Of a stretch of DNA of 64,000 nucleotides, positions 51,135 to 62,482 are shown piece by piece. The notes beneath the pieces were generated by a model that saw only the letters and a program-made list of their open reading frames with translations, was not told where the DNA came from and did no database searches. Every line of letters starts with the position of its first letter. The first letter of the stretch is position 1. The stretch comes from Batkoa obscura (Eukaryota), in assembly GCA_030770535.1 (NCBI GenBank), contig JASVEC010000011.1, positions 1,240,001 to 1,304,000 on the forward strand, read 5' to 3'. Both the position numbers and the translations under genes were made by a program.

Positions 51135-51856
51135 TTTAAGAATATCAAATTCTTCTACTTTTTAAAAAAAGTTAAATATTTATTAAATTTTATAGTGGAG
51201 ATGTTTGAGTTTTATATAGTTTTTAATTTATGTCAATTTATTTTAATGGGTTCCAAGTTTGGTAAATTCATTCATAGCTGATGAATTTTAATTAATTGGT
51301 TCTGTTGCCTTTTAATTCTTATTCTCTTGTTTAGCTGTTTTATTGAGTATTTTGATACTATCGAAAATTAATAAATAATTTTATTATCACTATAGATTTA
51401 TTAAAATAATGTGAATTACAAATAATTAAAGAGTGAGTATCCTTATACAAAAGGATGTAAATGTATCCTATTGTATTAATATTAAAACTACTAGTGTAAA
51501 ATTAAAAAGTAACTGCCTTTTAGTAGTTTCTTAATAATAGTATATTAATTTATTTCTAATTATTGTAAACTATCATTATTATTCCAATAGTATGTCATTA
51601 AAATACAGATTCTAATTCATATATAAAATAAATCAACTTATTAATTATAATTAAACATTGTTATCTTTATGAAATTTCTACTCAACTCATAAACTATATA
51701 TAATAATTCAAGTAGGTTTTATAACTTATCTTTTTAATAATTTGTGTAAATTATACTATTATTTATTATATTTAAACAAAATTAAGTAAAGGATAAATAG
51801 GCAATATAAAAACAGATATAACAAACATTACCATAAACGAACTAAAATTAAACTCT

Positions 51857-53554
51857 TCATTTGATCTTAGCTTTCAAATACTCTAAAATAATTTGAATTA
51901 ACCTTAGATTAATTTGGGCAACAAGCTTAGTACAGGGCAATTGACCTAAAGTTTTGAGAAAATTTAATCCTTTTTGGGTCATCGTTTGATTCTTTCCTTC
52001 TTTGTCTCCGTGTCTTACCATAAAAACTAAGCAAAAGGCGATAAGAGAAGTATCAAAATCAAGGGTATAATAACGATTCAATAAAATGGCATATTCTATA
52101 ACAGAATAGCATTCAGAGAGGGCAAGAGATAGATAATTTGGACCTAATAACGGAGTATTATTATTGAGTGAAGCCTGGTAAAGTGATTGGAATTTAGGGT
52201 GGCAAAATTGGATTGAAAACAGAAGAAAATGATTAAAATGGAAAAAAAGATGAATGCTATGCTGGTAATTTATGATTGCCGTGATTAAACTTTGGTCCTG
52301 TAAAAAAGACAAAATATCATCGTAAAAGGTAATATACTTATCCTTGATTAAAGTCAACTGTTGTGATAATTTGAAAGCAAAAACTCCAAGGTGAATAGGG
52401 TCCATTTGTTGATCTAAATAATTGTGTTTAAATAAACGAAATGAGAACAATAACTCACCTAAATCATAGTAAAATTCTATTAGTTTTAAAAAACAATATT
52501 GTTTTACTTGTTGATCATTGTGATAAAATTTATAACCTTGTCTTTCTGTCTTTGTTTGATAACGTTTATATAATCGTATCAACTCATAGGGTTTGTCTAT
52601 TTTTGCTACAAAGGATCCAAAAGTTAATAACATTACATTATAAACCATATGTAAGATAGTATACGCTATTGCCCTTTCTTTCCTTAATGCTTTGCTTATT
52701 GATTTAGGTGCTTGGTTCAACTGCAAGATAAAGCTACTTCTATAGCAATGTGCTAATAGAATTTCCTTAACACTAATAACCCAAGGAAAAAAACTAAGAC
52801 TGGTGATAGCAATAAGGACTACTTGAATCATAGTCAAATTTGATTTTATTCGATGTACTTTGGATAATAGCGCAAACAATTTAACTTCAAAAAAACTCAT
52901 TAAAGCTTTGATTTCAGCTGTTTGTTCCATCCAACTTAATCCACAAACCAAAATAGTTATCTGCAAACTTTGACTTTTTGTTGTGAATTGAAATTCAGTT
53001 TCGTCAAATAAAGGTAGTATCTTATTATTATATATAAAATAGTTATCAAAGGCTTGCTTTAATATATTATTAACATTAGTTGGTATTGTTGAAGGTAATT
53101 TTGGTTTGATTAATTCTTTTTTTGGTTTTAGTATAAGTAAGTCTAGTTTCTGAGTAAGCGTTAAAAATAGTGATATACCCTGGTTAGGAACAAATGGGGA
53201 TGGGTTTTGAATCAAATTGGTCAAGTTTTCCAACGCACTTTTTCTTGGGAACTTATGAAAAATACTTAATACTGAATATGAATACCCATAATCTTTGGGC
53301 AATTTTAAAATAGTTTGTGATTGATTCTTTAAATCAATTTTAACACTCTTTTTAACTAAATCGCCTGGTCCCCTCCATTTATTTGTGCCCTTTAACTTTG
53401 GGTAAACTAATTTCCTATCTAAGGTACATTCTAGATTCCTTTTAGTACAACTACTACATTTTGGTATTTGTCTATCGCATTTTATATGGCTTTGTGTACA
53501 TTGATCACAGCGATGAGTCCTTATTATCTCTTTCACGTTAAACAAACAATCCAT
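51857..53554 (-). CDS. Zn2Cys6 transcription factor, paralogue A (565 aa), intronless
   Basis: CDQCTQSHIKCDRQIPKCSSCTKRNLEC cluster; fungal-TF-like middle region YF..NKILPLF; unique C-terminus. Confidence 0.88.
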   Translation of the reverse strand: MDCLFNVKEIIRTHRCDQCTQSHIKCDRQIPKCSSCTKRNLECTLDRKLVYPKLKGTNKWRGPGDLVKKSVKIDLKNQSQTILKLPKDYGYSYSVLSIFHKFPRKSALENLTNLIQNPSPFVPNQGISLFLTLTQKLDLLILKPKKELIKPKLPSTIPTNVNNILKQAFDNYFIYNNKILPLFDETEFQFTTKSQSLQITILVCGLSWMEQTAEIKALMSFFEVKLFALLSKVHRIKSNLTMIQVVLIAITSLSFFPWVISVKEILLAHCYRSSFILQLNQAPKSISKALRKERAIAYTILHMVYNVMLLTFGSFVAKIDKPYELIRLYKRYQTKTERQGYKFYHNDQQVKQYCFLKLIEFYYDLGELLFSFRLFKHNYLDQQMDPIHLGVFAFKLSQQLTLIKDKYITFYDDILSFLQDQSLITAIINYQHSIHLFFHFNHFLLFSIQFCHPKFQSLYQASLNNNTPLLGPNYLSLALSECYSVIEYAILLNRYYTLDFDTSLIAFCLVFMVRHGDKEGKNQTMTQKGLNFLKTLGQLPCTKLVAQINLRLIQIILEYLKAKIK

Positions 53555-55402
53555 TTACTGATCGAGTTATAAACATTAAACATCAACTAAAAGTTAGAAA
53601 ACTAAACTATTTTTAATTCATGTAAATAAATTATAATCGATTCTTGAATAACTGTGATTTGGTATTTTCAAAACCTTACAAGGTTGGTCCAATTAACTTC
53701 CAGATAATTTGTTATCAGGTATTATTCAAACTCGGTCCATCTGGGTCGATTTATCTAAAAGGGCTGATTTTAAGAATGTTATCTTATCTAAAATAATATA
53801 ATGTAAATAAATCATTTTAGTAATAAACATACATATTAATATTCAAAAATTATTCTGGTGATGTTTTTACTTTTTTCTATTAAAATAATTTATGCTATAC
53901 TAAAACTAAGCTTTGTTTCATGTCCTAAAAAGTAACTAATCTTGTTATAACTTTATGAATAATAAAATAATATTAAATTAAGTCTATTAAAAGTATTAAA
54001 CTTCAAATCACGTTTCGTATTAATACATTATAATACGTTGAAAATCTAGTATATAGTTTGACATCTTTAATAAGCTTTACTTTGTATTATTTAGTTAATA
54101 TTCATTGAGTTATAACAAGTTTAATCATATTTTAATGACTGACTTTTGAACTAAAAACCAAGCTGATTTATTAGAAACACTTTATAATGCATTAAAGACA
54201 AGATTTATTTTTTGCTCTAATACTTTAAAAAAACTAACATCGTTGCTACTCAATATAGAATACATCAAATTATATAAAAAAAGTTTATCAAAGAGTTTAA
54301 GTTTTATACTAAATTCAACATGTCTTCAAAGTATGTTGAAAACCTAATTGCCTTTAGAACAAGCTGTACATGCTATTTTTTGAGCTATTTTTGAGTTATT
54401 TAAGTTATACACTTGTTACAGCTTAATTGCGAGTTAACTTGTGTAAACTTTTAGAGTTAATTATTAGATTAATTGTTTTTAAATGAACAATTAATTAAGT
54501 TGGAATAGAGATGCTCAGTTTTATAAATTGTCTACTTATTTTAGTTTTTAAAGTTTGAAAAAGAAAACACAAATCATATTATTTGGTATAGGATTGATTA
54601 TTTTAATAACAAATTTTAGACAGTATAATGTCCTCAAAACTATCCCAAATGGGCTGGTTTTAAAAACGAATTTCTCCATTTTAAGTTACTATATCTATTA
54701 TAGTTTTTAATATATCAAAATAATCCCCAACTATGATTTTAGTAAATATTATAAATATTGCTTTTGCCAAATTTTAAATCTGTATACTTAGTATTTTTTT
54801 TAAAATAATTAGATACAAATTGACGCTTTTAGTCAAAAAGTATCGAGTAGTATCTGCTATTTATTGCAAAATGAATATTATTGTTGAGTAAATTGTAAGG
54901 TTGATTTTAATTAATTTTTAGATATAAAAACTAAAGTTTAAGCTTTAAAAGTGGACAAATGATTAAAAAAAAGACACTATCAATTTAACTATAATATCAG
55001 GTTACTGCTTTGATAGTTTGTAAGTGCTTCTTGAGAAATTAAGGTATAGACAGGTATTTATACCCGAATAATAAATATTTCATATCAATATTTTTTCATA
55101 TTTATGATAATAAGCTTAATGACTATTAAAATATTGAAATCTGTAGTAAATAATTGGGTTTGCTATTAGGCTATAATTTAAAATTTTAAGCTATTTCTTC
55201 TATAAATTTTTATATGAAAACAAACTAGAACTCATTAGATTTGCAGTTATTATAGTCCTTAAAATTTTAGCCTAATAAAGTATCTATTAAAAGCGATAAG
55301 ATAAATTAAGCTAAACTATGAATGTTTGTATCTGATTGTTGGTATAAGTTTAACTTTAGGATTTTATTAACATAAACGGATGGCCAAAAAACAATAAAAT
55401 AA

Positions 55403-57094
55403 CTACACCTGGTGCTTTAAAAATTCTTGGATCACTCGAATAAGTTTTAAATTAAGTTGGGAGATAAGAGCTGTAGAAAGGAACTTATTCAAGCTTTCTA
55501 GATACTTGATCCCTTTTTTTACACTTTCATTTTTAAGTTTGAGATTCTTCTCATGTCTCAGAATAAATATTAAGCAGATTGAAACTTGTGAGCAACTGAA
55601 TGTAAGTGTATAACTAAAATTAAGAGATATAGAAAGGTTGATTATGGAATAGCATTCATTCAAACTAAGCTTGACGTAATCTGGGCCTTGGTAATGATTG
55701 TTATCAGCATGCTGATGCTCAACTTGATGTCTGTATTTTGAGTGAGACAGCTGGAAAGAAAATAGAAAAAAGTGAACTAGATGGAAAAAGAATAAGATGC
55801 AATATTGGAGTTGTTTAATCTTGTTTATTATTTCTTCGTTATGTATAAATATAATTAAATCATCGTACCATCCAAAATATTCATCTTTAACCATCGTCAT
55901 TTTTTTTGATAGTTGGTATGAGTATATTTCAAAATTTAAGAATTTAGTCTCTGTTGAGGTGCCCTCTTTAAATAATCGTAAATGATGAAAGATTTTACTC
56001 AGCTCAAAATAGAATTCCATTAATTTTAAAAAACAATAGCAGTTAACTTGTTCATGGTTTTTATAAAACATATCATCTGGTTGCATCGTTTTTTCATCAA
56101 AATTGCTACTTAACTTAAACAATACCTCTGGCCTATTAATTTCTCCGACATAAGATCCAAACCTTGTCAAAATTCCGTTATAATAAGCATGTAAAATACA
56201 ATAAGTAACTGCTCTTTCCTTCCTTAATGCTTTGCTTATTGATTTAGGTGCTTGGTTCAACTGCAAGATAAAGCTACTTCTATAGCAATGTGCTAATAGA
56301 ATTTCCTTAACACTAATAACCCAAGGAAAAAAACTAAGACTGGTGATAGCAATAAGGACTACTTGAATCATAGTCAAATTTGATTTTATTCGATGTACTT
56401 TGGATAATAGCGCAAACAATTTAACTTCAAAAAAACTCATTAAAGCTTTGATTTCAGCTGTTTGTTCCATCCAACTTAATCCACAAACCAAAATAGTTAT
56501 CTGCAAACTTTGACTTTTTGTTGTGAATTGAAATTCAGTTTCGTCAAATAAAGGTAGTATCTTATTATTATATATAAAATAGTTATCAAAGGCTTGCTTT
56601 AATATATTATTAACATTAGTTGGTATTGTTGAAGGTAATTTTGGTTTGATTAATTCTTTTTTTGGTTTTAGTATAAGTAAGTCTAGTTTCTGAGTAAGCG
56701 TTAAAAATAGTGATATACCCTGGTTAGGAACAAATGGGGATGGGTTTTGAATCAAATTGGTCAAGTTTTCCAACGCACTTTTTCTTGGGAACTTATGAAA
56801 AATACTTAATACTGAATATGAATACCCATAATCTTTGGGCAATTTTAAAATAGTTTGTGATTGATTCTTTAAATCAATTTTAACACTCTTTTTAACTAAA
56901 TCGCCTGGTCCCCTCCATTTATTTGTGCCCTTTAACTTTGGGTAAACTAATTTCCTATCTAAGGTACATTCTAGATTCCTTTTAGTACAACTACTACATT
57001 TTGGTATTTGTCTATCGCATTTTATATGGCTTTGTGTACATTGATCACAGCGATGAGTCCTTATTATCTCTTTCACGTTAAACAAACAATCCAT
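55403..57094 (-). CDS. Zn2Cys6 transcription factor, chimeric copy (A N-terminus + B C-terminus), 563 aa
   Basis: Identical to paralogue A up to ..LRKERA, then identical to the 62483 gene C-terminus. Confidence 0.85.
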   Translation of the reverse strand: MDCLFNVKEIIRTHRCDQCTQSHIKCDRQIPKCSSCTKRNLECTLDRKLVYPKLKGTNKWRGPGDLVKKSVKIDLKNQSQTILKLPKDYGYSYSVLSIFHKFPRKSALENLTNLIQNPSPFVPNQGISLFLTLTQKLDLLILKPKKELIKPKLPSTIPTNVNNILKQAFDNYFIYNNKILPLFDETEFQFTTKSQSLQITILVCGLSWMEQTAEIKALMSFFEVKLFALLSKVHRIKSNLTMIQVVLIAITSLSFFPWVISVKEILLAHCYRSSFILQLNQAPKSISKALRKERAVTYCILHAYYNGILTRFGSYVGEINRPEVLFKLSSNFDEKTMQPDDMFYKNHEQVNCYCFLKLMEFYFELSKIFHHLRLFKEGTSTETKFLNFEIYSYQLSKKMTMVKDEYFGWYDDLIIFIHNEEIINKIKQLQYCILFFFHLVHFFLFSFQLSHSKYRHQVEHQHADNNHYQGPDYVKLSLNECYSIINLSISLNFSYTLTFSCSQVSICLIFILRHEKNLKLKNESVKKGIKYLESLNKFLSTALISQLNLKLIRVIQEFLKHQV

Positions 57095-58942
57095 TTACTG
57101 ATCGAGTTATAAACATTAAACATCAACTAAAAGTTAGAAAACTAAACTATTTTTAATTCATGTAAATAAATTATAATCGATTCTTGAATAACTGTGATTT
57201 GGTATTTTCAAAACCTTACAAGGTTGGTCCAATTAACTTCCAGATAATTTGTTATCAGGTATTATTCAAACTCGGTCCATCTGGGTCGATTTATCTAAAA
57301 GGGCTGATTTTAAGAATGTTATCTTATCTAAAATAATATAATGTAAATAAATCATTTTAGTAATAAACATACATATTAATATTCAAAAATTATTCTGGTG
57401 ATGTTTTTACTTTTTTCTATTAAAATAATTTATGCTATACTAAAACTAAGCTTTGTTTCATGTCCTAAAAAGTAACTAATCTTGTTATAACTTTATGAAT
57501 AATAAAATAATATTAAATTAAGTCTATTAAAAGTATTAAACTTCAAATCACGTTTCGTATTAATACATTATAATACGTTGAAAATCTAGTATATAGTTTG
57601 ACATCTTTAATAAGCTTTACTTTGTATTATTTAGTTAATATTCATTGAGTTATAACAAGTTTAATCATATTTTAATGACTGACTTTTGAACTAAAAACCA
57701 AGCTGATTTATTAGAAACACTTTATAATGCATTAAAGACAAGATTTATTTTTTGCTCTAATACTTTAAAAAAACTAACATCGTTGCTACTCAATATAGAA
57801 TACATCAAATTATATAAAAAAAGTTTATCAAAGAGTTTAAGTTTTATACTAAATTCAACATGTCTTCAAAGTATGTTGAAAACCTAATTGCCTTTAGAAC
57901 AAGCTGTACATGCTATTTTTTGAGCTATTTTTGAGTTATTTAAGTTATACACTTGTTACAGCTTAATTGCGAGTTAACTTGTGTAAACTTTTAGAGTTAA
58001 TTATTAGATTAATTGTTTTTAAATGAACAATTAATTAAGTTGGAATAGAGATGCTCAGTTTTATAAATTGTCTACTTATTTTAGTTTTTAAAGTTTGAAA
58101 AAGAAAACACAAATCATATTATTTGGTATAGGATTGATTATTTTAATAACAAATTTTAGACAGTATAATGTCCTCAAAACTATCCCAAATGGGCTGGTTT
58201 TAAAAACGAATTTCTCCATTTTAAGTTACTATATCTATTATAGTTTTTAATATATCAAAATAATCCCCAACTATGATTTTAGTAAATATTATAAATATTG
58301 CTTTTGCCAAATTTTAAATCTGTATACTTAGTATTTTTTTTAAAATAATTAGATACAAATTGACGCTTTTAGTCAAAAAGTATCGAGTAGTATCTGCTAT
58401 TTATTGCAAAATGAATATTATTGTTGAGTAAATTGTAAGGTTGATTTTAATTAATTTTTAGATATAAAAACTAAAGTTTAAGCTTTAAAAGTGGACAAAT
58501 GATTAAAAAAAAGACACTATCAATTTAACTATAATATCAGGTTACTGCTTTGATAGTTTGTAAGTGCTTCTTGAGAAATTAAGGTATAGACAGGTATTTA
58601 TACCCGAATAATAAATATTTCATATCAATATTTTTTCATATTTATGATAATAAGCTTAATGACTATTAAAATATTGAAATCTGTAGTAAATAATTGGGTT
58701 TGCTATTAGGCTATAATTTAAAATTTTAAGCTATTTCTTCTATAAATTTTTATATGAAAACAAACTAGAACTCATTAGATTTGCAGTTATTATAGTCCTT
58801 AAAATTTTAGCCTAATAAAGTATCTATTAAAAGCGATAAGATAAATTAAGCTAAACTATGAATGTTTGTATCTGATTGTTGGTATAAGTTTAACTTTAGG
58901 ATTTTATTAACATAAACGGATGGCCAAAAAACAATAAAATAA

Positions 58943-60634
58943 CTACACCTGGTGCTTTAAAAATTCTTGGATCACTCGAATAAGTTTTAAATTAAGTTGG
59001 GAGATAAGAGCTGTAGAAAGGAACTTATTCAAGCTTTCTAGATACTTGATCCCTTTTTTTACACTTTCATTTTTAAGTTTGAGATTCTTCTCATGTCTCA
59101 GAATAAATATTAAGCAGATTGAAACTTGTGAGCAACTGAATGTAAGTGTATAACTAAAATTAAGAGATATAGAAAGGTTGATTATGGAATAGCATTCATT
59201 CAAACTAAGCTTGACGTAATCTGGGCCTTGGTAATGATTGTTATCAGCATGCTGATGCTCAACTTGATGTCTGTATTTTGAGTGAGACAGCTGGAAAGAA
59301 AATAGAAAAAAGTGAACTAGATGGAAAAAGAATAAGATGCAATATTGGAGTTGTTTAATCTTGTTTATTATTTCTTCGTTATGTATAAATATAATTAAAT
59401 CATCGTACCATCCAAAATATTCATCTTTAACCATCGTCATTTTTTTTGATAGTTGGTATGAGTATATTTCAAAATTTAAGAATTTAGTCTCTGTTGAGGT
59501 GCCCTCTTTAAATAATCGTAAATGATGAAAGATTTTACTCAGCTCAAAATAGAATTCCATTAATTTTAAAAAACAATAGCAGTTAACTTGTTCATGGTTT
59601 TTATAAAACATATCATCTGGTTGCATCGTTTTTTCATCAAAATTGCTACTTAACTTAAACAATACCTCTGGCCTATTAATTTCTCCGACATAAGATCCAA
59701 ACCTTGTCAAAATTCCGTTATAATAAGCATGTAAAATACAATAAGTAACTGCTCTTTCCTTCCTTAATGCTTTGCTTATTGATTTAGGTGCTTGGTTCAA
59801 CTGCAAGATAAAGCTACTTCTATAGCAATGTGCTAATAGAATTTCCTTAACACTAATAACCCAAGGAAAAAAACTAAGACTGGTGATAGCAATAAGGACT
59901 ACTTGAATCATAGTCAAATTTGATTTTATTCGATGTACTTTGGATAATAGCGCAAACAATTTAACTTCAAAAAAACTCATTAAAGCTTTGATTTCAGCTG
60001 TTTGTTCCATCCAACTTAATCCACAAACCAAAATAGTTATCTGCAAACTTTGACTTTTTGTTGTGAATTGAAATTCAGTTTCGTCAAATAAAGGTAGTAT
60101 CTTATTATTATATATAAAATAGTTATCAAAGGCTTGCTTTAATATATTATTAACATTAGTTGGTATTGTTGAAGGTAATTTTGGTTTGATTAATTCTTTT
60201 TTTGGTTTTAGTATAAGTAAGTCTAGTTTCTGAGTAAGCGTTAAAAATAGTGATATACCCTGGTTAGGAACAAATGGGGATGGGTTTTGAATCAAATTGG
60301 TCAAGTTTTCCAACGCACTTTTTCTTGGGAACTTATGAAAAATACTTAATACTGAATATGAATACCCATAATCTTTGGGCAATTTTAAAATAGTTTGTGA
60401 TTGATTCTTTAAATCAATTTTAACACTCTTTTTAACTAAATCGCCTGGTCCCCTCCATTTATTTGTGCCCTTTAACTTTGGGTAAACTAATTTCCTATCT
60501 AAGGTACATTCTAGATTCCTTTTAGTACAACTACTACATTTTGGTATTTGTCTATCGCATTTTATATGGCTTTGTGTACATTGATCACAGCGATGAGTCC
60601 TTATTATCTCTTTCACGTTAAACAAACAATCCAT
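58943..60634 (-). CDS. Zn2Cys6 transcription factor, second identical chimeric copy
   Basis: Identical to 55403-57094. Confidence 0.85.
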   Translation of the reverse strand: MDCLFNVKEIIRTHRCDQCTQSHIKCDRQIPKCSSCTKRNLECTLDRKLVYPKLKGTNKWRGPGDLVKKSVKIDLKNQSQTILKLPKDYGYSYSVLSIFHKFPRKSALENLTNLIQNPSPFVPNQGISLFLTLTQKLDLLILKPKKELIKPKLPSTIPTNVNNILKQAFDNYFIYNNKILPLFDETEFQFTTKSQSLQITILVCGLSWMEQTAEIKALMSFFEVKLFALLSKVHRIKSNLTMIQVVLIAITSLSFFPWVISVKEILLAHCYRSSFILQLNQAPKSISKALRKERAVTYCILHAYYNGILTRFGSYVGEINRPEVLFKLSSNFDEKTMQPDDMFYKNHEQVNCYCFLKLMEFYFELSKIFHHLRLFKEGTSTETKFLNFEIYSYQLSKKMTMVKDEYFGWYDDLIIFIHNEEIINKIKQLQYCILFFFHLVHFFLFSFQLSHSKYRHQVEHQHADNNHYQGPDYVKLSLNECYSIINLSISLNFSYTLTFSCSQVSICLIFILRHEKNLKLKNESVKKGIKYLESLNKFLSTALISQLNLKLIRVIQEFLKHQV

Positions 60635-62482
60635 TTACTGATCGAGTTATAAACATTAAACATCAACTAAAAGTTAGAAAACTAAACTATTTTTAATTCA
60701 TGTAAATAAATTATAATCGATTCTTGAATAACTGTGATTTGGTATTTTCAAAACCTTACAAGGTTGGTCCAATTAACTTCCAGATAATTTGTTATCAGGT
60801 ATTATTCAAACTCGGTCCATCTGGGTCGATTTATCTAAAAGGGCTGATTTTAAGAATGTTATCTTATCTAAAATAATATAATGTAAATAAATCATTTTAG
60901 TAATAAACATACATATTAATATTCAAAAATTATTCTGGTGATGTTTTTACTTTTTTCTATTAAAATAATTTATGCTATACTAAAACTAAGCTTTGTTTCA
61001 TGTCCTAAAAAGTAACTAATCTTGTTATAACTTTATGAATAATAAAATAATATTAAATTAAGTCTATTAAAAGTATTAAACTTCAAATCACGTTTCGTAT
61101 TAATACATTATAATACGTTGAAAATCTAGTATATAGTTTGACATCTTTAATAAGCTTTACTTTGTATTATTTAGTTAATATTCATTGAGTTATAACAAGT
61201 TTAATCATATTTTAATGACTGACTTTTGAACTAAAAACCAAGCTGATTTATTAGAAACACTTTATAATGCATTAAAGACAAGATTTATTTTTTGCTCTAA
61301 TACTTTAAAAAAACTAACATCGTTGCTACTCAATATAGAATACATCAAATTATATAAAAAAAGTTTATCAAAGAGTTTAAGTTTTATACTAAATTCAACA
61401 TGTCTTCAAAGTATGTTGAAAACCTAATTGCCTTTAGAACAAGCTGTACATGCTATTTTTTGAGCTATTTTTGAGTTATTTAAGTTATACACTTGTTACA
61501 GCTTAATTGCGAGTTAACTTGTGTAAACTTTTAGAGTTAATTATTAGATTAATTGTTTTTAAATGAACAATTAATTAAGTTGGAATAGAGATGCTCAGTT
61601 TTATAAATTGTCTACTTATTTTAGTTTTTAAAGTTTGAAAAAGAAAACACAAATCATATTATTTGGTATAGGATTGATTATTTTAATAACAAATTTTAGA
61701 CAGTATAATGTCCTCAAAACTATCCCAAATGGGCTGGTTTTAAAAACGAATTTCTCCATTTTAAGTTACTATATCTATTATAGTTTTTAATATATCAAAA
61801 TAATCCCCAACTATGATTTTAGTAAATATTATAAATATTGCTTTTGCCAAATTTTAAATCTGTATACTTAGTATTTTTTTTAAAATAATTAGATACAAAT
61901 TGACGCTTTTAGTCAAAAAGTATCGAGTAGTATCTGCTATTTATTGCAAAATGAATATTATTGTTGAGTAAATTGTAAGGTTGATTTTAATTAATTTTTA
62001 GATATAAAAACTAAAGTTTAAGCTTTAAAAGTGGACAAATGATTAAAAAAAAGACACTATCAATTTAACTATAATATCAGGTTACTGCTTTGATAGTTTG
62101 TAAGTGCTTCTTGAGAAATTAAGGTATAGACAGGTATTTATACCCGAATAATAAATATTTCATATCAATATTTTTTCATATTTATGATAATAAGCTTAAT
62201 GACTATTAAAATATTGAAATCTGTAGTAAATAATTGGGTTTGCTATTAGGCTATAATTTAAAATTTTAAGCTATTTCTTCTATAAATTTTTATATGAAAA
62301 CAAACTAGAACTCATTAGATTTGCAGTTATTATAGTCCTTAAAATTTTAGCCTAATAAAGTATCTATTAAAAGCGATAAGATAAATTAAGCTAAACTATG
62401 AATGTTTGTATCTGATTGTTGGTATAAGTTTAACTTTAGGATTTTATTAACATAAACGGATGGCCAAAAAACAATAAAATAA

